Below, in pieces: positions 54,166-63,200 of a stretch of 64,000 nt of DNA. The DNA is from Sphingobacteriaceae bacterium. Its GTDB lineage: Bacteria > Bacteroidota > Bacteroidia > B-17B0 > Aurantibacillaceae. Under the pieces are notes generated by a model, which had not been told where the DNA came from, searched no databases, and was given only the letters and a program-made list of their open reading frames with translations. The stretch is from contig JAHEYG010000004.1 of the NCBI GenBank assembly GCA_023251725.1, positions 7,066 to 71,065 on the forward strand. The letters run 5' to 3'. The first letter of the stretch is position 1. The number at the start of each line of letters is the position of its first letter. A program made the translations under genes and the position numbers.

Positions 54166-55608
54166 ATGGAAACAAAGATTTTAAATAAAAGCATTGGGTT
54201 TAAAGATAACGTACTTACCTACGGCGATTATTCTCTTTGTTATATTGAAACCAACGGCGCACTTAAAATTGATCACGTTGAGTTTTTTGACGCTGTTATT
54301 TTAGAATCGCGTGACGCTGATTTTGCCCGGTTGATAATTAAAAAAATTCGGAGTAGTTTCGACATCAACGTTTATTTAAAACCCATTTTTTTAATTAATC
54401 ATAAGGAAACAACAGACAGTTACGTAAACGAATTGCACGACGGAATAATTTTTTCGTTCGATCAAATTCCTGAAAAAATAAATGACATTATCCATCTTCA
54501 AAATTTAGCCAAGCATTTAGATCATACACCTTCCAACTCTTTCGAAATTCAAATTTTTAAAAAAGCACTTAACTTTTTATACACGCGCGAAGACCGTTCA
54601 TTATCGCCGGTAGTTGACCCGGCTTCTTTTCTCAGTTATTCTTATCCGCTGCTCTCTGTAAATTTTGAAACCTACGAAGAATCAAAAGTGCTCGATATTT
54701 TAGAATGGGCTTTTCATGAAGATTTAATATGGCCCGATTATTTCGACAGAGTGTATTTATGTAATAATTGTAAAACCGGACGATTATCCATTCGCGAAAC
54801 TTGTCCTTCGTGCCAATCTTCTAATTTAAAACAAGAAGATTTAATACATCATTTTCCTTGCGGATATATTGGACCCATCTCCGATTTTAAAAATAAAGTG
54901 GATGGTTCTTTAAATTGTCCGAAATGTTCTAAAAGTATTCGCCACATTGGCGTGGATTACGATAAACCAAGCGTTATCAATCAATGTTTAAATTGTAATA
55001 ATGTGTTTCAGGATTATATTGTGAAAGCAAAATGCACACATTGCAGTCACGATACCGAAGTTCAATATTTAATTCCCAAAGAAATTAATATTTATAAATT
55101 AACCAAGAAAGGTCGCTTGGCTCCGGTTACAGGAATTGTTACTTCGGGTTTTGAAATTGGTGAAGAGATTAGCGGTACTGTAGGATTTAGTACTTTCTCA
55201 ACCATGATGCATTATGAGCAGCAGCGCATGAAATCAAATCCACAGTTGGTGAGTAATTATTCGGTATTGTATTTAGAAAACATTTTTGATATTCTTAAAA
55301 CCATGGGTATCATAAAAGAAAAAGCATTGCTTTCTGATTTAGCGCAAATTATTCGCGATAACATAACGGCGGCCGATTACATTACTTATCAAAATCCATC
55401 CTTAATTTGCATTTGCATTAACGACGAAAAATTAGTGGATGCGCAAATTTTAACCCAAACAGTCATTAAAAAATTAAAAGAATTATTTCATAATAACTTC
55501 AATAATTTTGAGTTGACTGTAAAATCAAAAACACAAGCATTGGTGCTCACCGAAAAATTTGATGACCGACTAAGAGAAATTACCAAAATCCTTGTCGAGG
55601 AAATATGA
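54166..55608 (+). CDS. Cytoplasmic protein: degenerate receiver-like N-domain + five CxxC pairs (TackOD1-like zinc-ribbon domain?) + C-terminal alpha/beta domain
   Basis: 480 aa. CxxC pairs at residues 199/202, 213/216, 251/254, 274/277 and 290/293. The N-terminal FDAVILESRD...NVYLKPIFLIN resembles the Asp pocket and K-P of REC domains. Confidence 0.75.
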   Translation: METKILNKSIGFKDNVLTYGDYSLCYIETNGALKIDHVEFFDAVILESRDADFARLIIKKIRSSFDINVYLKPIFLINHKETTDSYVNELHDGIIFSFDQIPEKINDIIHLQNLAKHLDHTPSNSFEIQIFKKALNFLYTREDRSLSPVVDPASFLSYSYPLLSVNFETYEESKVLDILEWAFHEDLIWPDYFDRVYLCNNCKTGRLSIRETCPSCQSSNLKQEDLIHHFPCGYIGPISDFKNKVDGSLNCPKCSKSIRHIGVDYDKPSVINQCLNCNNVFQDYIVKAKCTHCSHDTEVQYLIPKEINIYKLTKKGRLAPVTGIVTSGFEIGEEISGTVGFSTFSTMMHYEQQRMKSNPQLVSNYSVLYLENIFDILKTMGIIKEKALLSDLAQIIRDNITAADYITYQNPSLICICINDEKLVDAQILTQTVIKKLKELFHNNFNNFELTVKSKTQALVLTEKFDDRLREITKILVEEI

Positions 55609-56915
55609 TTAATTACATTGATAATTTCTTTAATTATATTTTTGCCGTGGGGCCGACAAAATTAATTAGAGTGTTTTGGTTTTTTGTTTTTTTCGAATTT
55701 CTCCGCTTTTTTGTTCTTGAACTTGCTGTTTTGTTGATTTGGAAATTAACTTCTAAATCTAAATTAATAAAATACGACGAAGCCCGCACAAAATTATTTA
55801 TTGAGCGGCCGCTTATTTCCATTATTGTTCCCGGTAAAAACGAGGGTAAAAATATTTATAAACTGGTTCGCTCAATGAGTGAACAAACTTATAAGAACCT
55901 TGAATTTATTGTGATTGATGATGGTTCGGACGACGATACCGAAATGATATGTAAAAGTCTGCAAAAAAACGGTTTGATTGATTTGTTTTTAAGAAACGAT
56001 GTGAGAGGGGGAAAAGCATCGGCTGCTAATTTAGGATTTCGTTATTCTTCAGGAAAAATTGTAGTGCATTTAGATGCCGATTGTTCTTACGACTACGATG
56101 CTATCGAAAAAATTATTATTCCATTTTATTTAGATGAAAATATTGGCGCTGTGGGAGGAAATATTTTAGTGCGTAATTACGATGATAATTTATGTACCAC
56201 CTTACAGGCCATTGAATACGCTGATACTATTTCGATAGGAAGAATTACCACCAGTTTCCTGGGATTGTACCGTGTGGTGTCGGGCGCATTTGGTGCTTTT
56301 AGTAAAGAGGCCTTAGACAGAGTTGAAGGTTGGGACATTGGCCCCGGATTGGATGGCGATATCACTGTAAAATTAAGAAAGCTGCGTTACAAAATTGTTT
56401 TTGAACCTGATGCAATTTGCCAAACGAGTGTGCCTAATTCTTACAACGGACTAAATAAGCAACGTTTGCGATGGGATAAATCCATTATCAGATTTCGGGT
56501 GAGAAAACATAAAGATGTATTTTTTCCGAACAACCTTTTTAATTTTTCCAATTTCGTTTCATCATTCGAAAATATTACTTACAACATTGTTTTAAATTTA
56601 AAATGGTGGGTGTATATTTTTGATATGATTATTAATTTTCATAATCTGTTAGGGTTTATTCTTCCCTTTAATATTTTGCTTTACACCAGCAGCAACTATT
56701 TAAAGTTTTTGGTTTTTTCTTTATTCCGCAAACGCAAAAACGAATCGGTGGCTTACTTTTTATTATACATACCTTGCATGGTTATTTATTTTGGATTGTA
56801 TTTGCGTATTGTAAGAACCACTGCGTATATACAGGAATTCTTCTTTAAAAAATCATACGACGATCCGTGGAATCCGGCAAAATCATCGCGACACGCAAAG
56901 GAATTAGGAATATGA
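55605..56915 (+). CDS. Membrane-embedded processive family-2 glycosyltransferase (polysaccharide synthase, BcsA/PgaC/NodC/HAS class)
   Basis: IIVPGKNEG, FIVIDDGSDD, HLDADC (DxD), GAFGAF and the QRLRWDK (Q-x-x-R-W) motif. Hydrophobic segments lie at both ends. Its ATGA overlaps the upstream stop. Confidence 0.85.
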   Translation: MINYIDNFFNYIFAVGPTKLIRVFWFFVFFEFLRFFVLELAVLLIWKLTSKSKLIKYDEARTKLFIERPLISIIVPGKNEGKNIYKLVRSMSEQTYKNLEFIVIDDGSDDDTEMICKSLQKNGLIDLFLRNDVRGGKASAANLGFRYSSGKIVVHLDADCSYDYDAIEKIIIPFYLDENIGAVGGNILVRNYDDNLCTTLQAIEYADTISIGRITTSFLGLYRVVSGAFGAFSKEALDRVEGWDIGPGLDGDITVKLRKLRYKIVFEPDAICQTSVPNSYNGLNKQRLRWDKSIIRFRVRKHKDVFFPNNLFNFSNFVSSFENITYNIVLNLKWWVYIFDMIINFHNLLGFILPFNILLYTSSNYLKFLVFSLFRKRKNESVAYFLLYIPCMVIYFGLYLRIVRTTAYIQEFFFKKSYDDPWNPAKSSRHAKELGI

Positions 56916-59572
56916 TGGGGGGGTTAAAAAATAAAATTTCAATTGTTTTTCTTTTCTGTGGACATTTGTTATTTTCTCAGATTTTAAGGGCGCCGTTATT
57001 TTCTTTTCCCGCCGGATTCTACAGCGATTCGGTAATTATTAATATTAATAGCCCCGATGCAGGCGTTACCATTCGTTATACTTTAGACGGAAGCACACCA
57101 AAAATAACTTCTGCCATCTTTAGCACACCGTTAGTAATGAAAGACCGAACGCCGCAGTTGAACCGATTTTCAAACATCCCTACAAATCCCGGATTTAATT
57201 ACCCAAAACCGGGTTACGATGTTTCCAGAGCCGATTCGAGAGGATGGCTACCGCCATATGGAACGGTTTTTAAGGGGACTGTATTAAAAGCGCTTTGTTT
57301 TAAAGCAGGAGCCATAACCACTATTGATTCGGTGAGCACCGCCACTTATTTAATCACCAATTTATTAAACACGCGTTATTCGTTTCCTGTTTTATCAATA
57401 TCTGTCGACAGCGCTGCTTTTTTTTCGGATAGCACCGGAATTTATGTTTATGGTATAGATACCGCTGCTCAGGGAAATTATAATGTAGATAAAGCTAATC
57501 GCAAAATTCACATTGAGTTTTTTGAAACCGACGGCACTAAAAAATTAAAACAATATTGCGATGCGCGCATTCACGGCAACGGCGGGCGGCATGCGCCTCA
57601 AAAAAGTTTACAACTTATTTCTTCTAAAATTTACGGTGTAAAAAAATTCGATTATAAATTTTTTAAAGATAAAATTACACATGTGTTTAACCGCCTACTT
57701 CTTCGTAACGGAGGCCATCGACCCGATTGCATGCCGCGCGATGATATTGCCACCGAAATTTTAAAAGTCTCCGAAAATAATGATGTACAGCATGTGCGGC
57801 ACGCTGTTGTTTTTTTGAATGGCGAATATTGGGGCTTGCAAAGTATACGCGATGTGTTCGACGATAATTACTTGGCCAATAAATTTAATTTAAAAAATTA
57901 TAATTTCGTTGTCCTCAAGGAAACCGGAACACTTGATGAAGGATTGCCCGGCGATGAAATTCCTTATCAAAATTTATTAAGTTTTGTTCAAACTAATAAT
58001 TTAAATATTTATTCTAATTATGCACAAGTGCGCGAAAAAATCGACCTCGAAAGTTTTACCGATTTCCAGTGCTCACAAATATTTTTGGGAAATGGCGATT
58101 GGCCCAATAACAATACCAAATTCTGGCGCTATAAAAGGGCAGTTAACGATACTTCAGTAAATACCATTTACGACGGCAAATGGCGCTGGTTTATTTTTGA
58201 CATGGACGCCGCCTGGGGCGGCGATTGCACCGGCTTCTATCCAAATTTTAATGCGGTTTTAAATGCCTTTGATATTTCTTACAACAGTTATACTGCCATG
58301 TTGCGTAATCTTATTTTAAACACTTCTTACAAAAATTATTTCATTAACCGTTTTGCTGATTTATTGAACACTACTTTTTTAATATCAAGAACAACTTCTA
58401 TTATCAATTCTCAAAATGCTGAACTGAATCCCGAAATGTTGGAGCACGTAAATCGTTGGCGGTATCCTTCGGTAGCCACTACACTTTTGGCTCGCTCAAC
58501 CGAAACACCGTCGCTTACCAAATGGAATGCGATTAATTCGGGGATGTTGAATTTTGCTTCACAACGGCCTGCTAAAACGTACAAACATTTTTTAAATTAT
58601 TTTTTACTTGCCGATACTGTAAAAACCACACTTAATGTAAACGATTCAACAAAAGGTAAAATCAGAATTAACAGTTTGTATTTAGATAAATGGCTGGTTG
58701 GCGCAAACCCGAATGTGTATCCCTGGAAAGGAACTTATTTCGATGGAAATAAAATTCAATTGGAAGCCATTGCTAAACCCGGGTTTAAATTTTTAAATTG
58801 GAGCACGCCTTCTTATACCACCACCAATTTAAACCTCAACGTTACACAGGATACAAATATTACTGCGGTGTTTGCCGTAGACAGCAGTTTTAAACCGCTG
58901 CATTATGTTTTTATAAATGAAATAATGGCCAGCAACACAAAAGGTATTGCCGACGATTACAACGAAAAAAATGATTGGATAGAAATTTATAACCCTAATA
59001 ATTTTACAATTAATCTTTCCGATTATTATTTGACCGACTCTGTAAATAACAAAACAAAATTTCAGATAAGCACTAAACGTTATCCGACGCACAACATTAA
59101 ACCTAAGGGTTTTTTATTATTATGGGCCGATAATGATGTAGAGCAAGGAAGTTTACATTGTAATTTTAAATTAAGCTTAGCCGCCGGATGCCTGTATTTA
59201 ATTTTACCGGATGGAAAAACAGTAGTGGATTCTATTTGCTATCCCACACAAAAATCGGATATATCGTGGGGAAGAGAAAAAGACGGCGCCGATAAATGGA
59301 TCGATTGGGATGTGCCCACTCCCAACGCCAGCAATCTTAAAATAATTAAACCACCTTACATCGGCGATTTATTGCTTTATCCCAACCCGGTAAAAAATGG
59401 TGAACTTTTAAATTTTACTTATTTAATTTCGGCCAATGTGTTTAATGTATTGGGACAAAAAGTTTCTGAAATTAATAATTCAAATATTTTAAATGTAGAA
59501 AGTTTTGCTTCCGGATTTTATTTTGTAAAAATAATAGACGGCCCCGTTTTAAAATTTATCAAAATAAATTAA
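56912..59572 (+). CDS. T9SS-secreted multidomain protein: chitobiase/hexosaminidase-C-like domain, CotH kinase-family domain, lamin-tail (LTD) domain, type A T9SS sorting domain
   Basis: The ATG at 56912 overlaps the GT2 stop (ATGA). Domain evidence: FPAGFYSDSVIININSPDAGVTIRYTLDGSTP, then a CotH-like core (LLLRNGG...FLNGEYWGLQSIRD...), then LTD (VFINEIMASNT...NDWIEIYNPNNFTINLSDYYLTD), then CTD (LLLYPNPVKNGELLNF...GFYFVKII). Confidence 0.8.
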   Translation: MMGGLKNKISIVFLFCGHLLFSQILRAPLFSFPAGFYSDSVIININSPDAGVTIRYTLDGSTPKITSAIFSTPLVMKDRTPQLNRFSNIPTNPGFNYPKPGYDVSRADSRGWLPPYGTVFKGTVLKALCFKAGAITTIDSVSTATYLITNLLNTRYSFPVLSISVDSAAFFSDSTGIYVYGIDTAAQGNYNVDKANRKIHIEFFETDGTKKLKQYCDARIHGNGGRHAPQKSLQLISSKIYGVKKFDYKFFKDKITHVFNRLLLRNGGHRPDCMPRDDIATEILKVSENNDVQHVRHAVVFLNGEYWGLQSIRDVFDDNYLANKFNLKNYNFVVLKETGTLDEGLPGDEIPYQNLLSFVQTNNLNIYSNYAQVREKIDLESFTDFQCSQIFLGNGDWPNNNTKFWRYKRAVNDTSVNTIYDGKWRWFIFDMDAAWGGDCTGFYPNFNAVLNAFDISYNSYTAMLRNLILNTSYKNYFINRFADLLNTTFLISRTTSIINSQNAELNPEMLEHVNRWRYPSVATTLLARSTETPSLTKWNAINSGMLNFASQRPAKTYKHFLNYFLLADTVKTTLNVNDSTKGKIRINSLYLDKWLVGANPNVYPWKGTYFDGNKIQLEAIAKPGFKFLNWSTPSYTTTNLNLNVTQDTNITAVFAVDSSFKPLHYVFINEIMASNTKGIADDYNEKNDWIEIYNPNNFTINLSDYYLTDSVNNKTKFQISTKRYPTHNIKPKGFLLLWADNDVEQGSLHCNFKLSLAAGCLYLILPDGKTVVDSICYPTQKSDISWGREKDGADKWIDWDVPTPNASNLKIIKPPYIGDLLLYPNPVKNGELLNFTYLISANVFNVLGQKVSEINNSNILNVESFASGFYFVKIIDGPVLKFIKIN

Positions 59573-60180
59573 AAACTATATTTTATTCCAAGCCCCGAAG
59601 AATTAATTGTAATTGAAACATCGTTCAAAATCTGGTCTAAATGCTTATTCCTAAGTTTTACGTTTAAATAAGTCATGGCAGCATCAAATACCAATAAAGC
59701 GCTTCCCTGCACAATAAACGAATTGCCAAAACCCGAGCACAAATTGCGGTCGTTGATACTGCTTTGGTTTTTAGATACTTCCTTTAATAAAAATCCTGCA
59801 GTAATGTAAGTAAGATCCAGCATGGCATTGGCAAGAAATACTTTTTCGGTTTTTGTATGGTCATTTAAGAGCGAAATTTTCGACTTATACTCTTTATTTT
59901 TAGCTAGTAGCGAGGGCAGAGCAATCCCTAAATTAATTAATCCCCATCCTGCATTCATGGCATAAAAATACTTTTCTTCGGGCAAATTCGATGCAAAATA
60001 TCCTGCTCCGCTCGCAAGGTTAATTGACGCCCAAGTGGTTAGAACAGTCATTCCGCGTTTACTTAATTGGTACCTTTTATCTGCAAAATCCTTAATGAGA
60101 TAACCACTTTGTGCCCTTAAACTTACCACGTATAAAGAAAATACGACCACTTTTAAAATGTTATACATTTTATGTTTCAT
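59569..60180 (-). CDS. Hypothetical multi-pass membrane protein
   Basis: 203-aa ORF with a signal/TM segment (VVVFSLYVVSLRAQ) and further hydrophobic helices. It is convergent with the CotH gene, and the two ends overlap by 4 nt. Confidence 0.55.
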   Translation of the reverse strand: MKHKMYNILKVVVFSLYVVSLRAQSGYLIKDFADKRYQLSKRGMTVLTTWASINLASGAGYFASNLPEEKYFYAMNAGWGLINLGIALPSLLAKNKEYKSKISLLNDHTKTEKVFLANAMLDLTYITAGFLLKEVSKNQSSINDRNLCSGFGNSFIVQGSALLVFDAAMTYLNVKLRNKHLDQILNDVSITINSSGLGIKYSF

Positions 60181-60197
60181 ATATTTCCTTTTATTTT

Positions 60198-60205
60198 TAT
60201 ATTTG
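60198..60205 (+). promoter_or_regulatory. Candidate -7 box (TATATTTG) for the 60249 gene
   Basis: Perfect TAnnTTTG match 44 nt upstream of the ATG at 60249. Confidence 0.35.
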
Positions 60206-60248
60206 AAAGGTCAAAGTTAAATTTATTAAATAATTTATAATTGTGGAT

Positions 60249-63200
60249 ATGATTTCAGGTTTATTTAAAAGAAAAGTAAAAAGCGCGCTTATCGCGGGAG
60301 CTTTATTAGTTGCTGGTAATTCTTACTCACAACTTGGTCTTAGTTGGTCAGAAATGGGTCCGGATGACGTGGCCGGTCGTTGCCGTGCAATGATTATTGA
60401 TAACACCGATCCTACCGGAAACACCATGTACGCCGCTGGTACAAGCGGTGGTATTTTTAAATCAACGGATGCTGCAAACAATTGGGCTCCTCTAAACGAT
60501 CAATCGGCCTCTTTAATAGTTTCCAGTATGGCACAGGCTCCTAACGGCGTTATTTACGTTGGTACCGGCGAAACATTTGCTCGTGGTGGTGATGGTTCAG
60601 GATTAACCGGCTTTATAGGAAAAGGTTTATACAAATTCTCGCCGGGTGCAACCAGCATCACTTTAGTGAAAGATTCAGCTTTATTTGGCAATATTAATGA
60701 GGTGGTGGTTGACCCAACTTCCAATAATAAAATTTATGTTGCGGGCGATAGGGGTTTATTTGTTTCAACAGATGCTGGTGCCACTTTTGCTTTAGGAAAC
60801 ACTACAGTTTCTGCTATGGACGTTAAAGTTACGCCCGACGGAACGGTTTATTATTCGGAAGGAACAAAAACAAGTTCTACTTCGCAAGTTTGGAAAAGTG
60901 TCAGCGGTACAGTGGGTACATTTTCTAATATTACCCCAACACTAACTACTAATAACGGACGAATCGAAATTGCAGTTTCACCAAGCAATCCTAATTACGT
61001 TTATATCTCCATTGCAAAAAAATTCACACCATCTACTCTTATTGGTGGCGGTTTATATGCATTTTACGCTTCTAATGATAAAGGCGTAACATGGAAATTA
61101 ATTATTTATGGAACGGCTCAATTAGATCCATTAACCAGTACAACCAGCAGCTCTTCCAGTTTCGGAGATTATTGCAATACTTTAGTGGTTGACCCTACAA
61201 ACCCGGGATCGGTTTACATTGCCGGTTATGTTATTTATAACTGGAGACAAATTTCGGGCGCCGCTTTTGGAACAGGTGGATGGACTCAAATTGGAACAGA
61301 ATTTGGTGCCGGTATCTTTCCACTATTTGTTCATACCAAAGTTCACGATATTAAATTTCTTCCTTCTAACTCTAAACAATATTTCATTGCTACCGACGGT
61401 GGTATTTACAAAACAGTATCGCTAACTAATGACCCTTATTTTTGGCCTACTGCTTTTTTACCATTTAATAAAGGTTTTAATATTTCTCAATTTAACTCTG
61501 TTGCTTATCAAAATTTTCCTAAAAACATTGCAGCAACCGGAAGCCCGAGCCTTAACCCGGCGGCAGGAGTAGCCGGTGGTACAAGCGGTAACGGACCTTG
61601 TTATTTACCCGGTACTTTAAATACACTTCAAACTTCTGTTGGTTATACAAGCGTTGATTCTTATCAGTCAGATTTTTCTAAACTTTTACCTAATGCATTA
61701 TTCGTTTCAAATGGATACGGCTCTATACAAAGAAGTAACGATATTGCCAATGTACCCCCATCTACTTTTTACGATGCTCCTTATAAAGTAGGGGCTGCCG
61801 GTGGACCGGGAACAACTACTTTTGCCAATGAAATAACCCCAATGAGATTGTGGGAAAATTACGGCAATGTTGCTCCTCCGGTGGATTTTGCTATTGTGTA
61901 TGATGTGCCTATTAAAAGCACTTTTGTAAATACCGGCAAAAACACATATTCGTTTGCTATTAATAGTACCCGACCTCAGGCAGCAGCAAAATATGATACC
62001 GTTTATATTACAGCTACCAGTACTAAAAAAGAAGGAATGAGTAATCATCCTGCAACTTACAATTACACAGTTGCTAATACTTTGCCGGTGGGGCCTACAG
62101 CAGTTACCGCAAATACAGTTACCTCTGCTGTAACTTTTACTGTTGTTAATACAAGACCAAACGCAAATATTAAATATTCTTCTATTGTAATGACTTCAAC
62201 ACCCATTCCAACCAATATTGTAGCGGCACAAAGCGTAACTTTTACTCCTGTTTATACAGGTAGTGTTGTTACGAGCGTTCTTACAACAGCCACTGCAACT
62301 GATAATGCAATATTTATTACTGCTACACCATCTGCTACTCCAACTGACAGTATGCATTTTACTTTTGATATAGCGCCTGATAATATTTCTTTAATTTCTT
62401 TTCAATTTAATTATCTGCCTACACAAACTCAATTTGTTTTAGCCACTACTCGGCCCTCTAGTATTTGCAGGTACGATACCATCGCGGTAAAATCTACAAA
62501 TCCATTACAAACTTTTACTATTTTACCTAAATACGATTACAATGCAAATGTGGTTTCTTATGCTTTCTTAGGAACAGGAGGAAATACTTTAGCAGTTGGC
62601 AATAACACAGTTACTCCATACGCATCTCTTACTGATAGTATTCGTTTCACGTTTAATACCGCTCCTCTTTTGTCTTCTTTAATTACCGTGCGAACGCATT
62701 TAAGATATGTACAAAACATTACTTTAGTTCCAACTTATTCCGGATCTACAGTTACCGCAGTTGCTGCCATTGGTTCGGCTAATACGGTTTCTCCTATAAA
62801 TAATTTTGTTTATCCTCTAAAGAGTTTAACAGATAGTATTAGATTTTATTTTAAAACCAAACCGGATGATTCGTGTACCATATCTTCGGTAGTTAAGCTA
62901 AGATATAATTCGGGCGATTATGTTACAGTTAACAATACCGATATAAGTAATAGTTTTTTTAAAGACAGTTTACTTCTTACCAGTACACTTACTTCAAACA
63001 GCATTCCGCCTTTTGTAAAAATTCCTTTAAGAAAATCGGCACGAATGGCGGTGGGAATTACCGCTGCGGTTTATGTTGTGAAACGACCATTGAATTTTGC
63101 TATTAATCCTGACTGGGTTAAAATAGCAGGTAAAAATTCGCGCCCGGATAGTGCATCGGGAATGCCAGCAAAAATATATAGTAATACTCCTGCTGTTCCT

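Noticed and set aside
61189-62048. Track ORFs 61189-61425 (+) and 61707-62048 (-)
   Set aside because: Both fall inside the long open frame that starts at 60249 and continues to the window end. That frame has a signal peptide, BNR-like motifs and a T9SS CTD.
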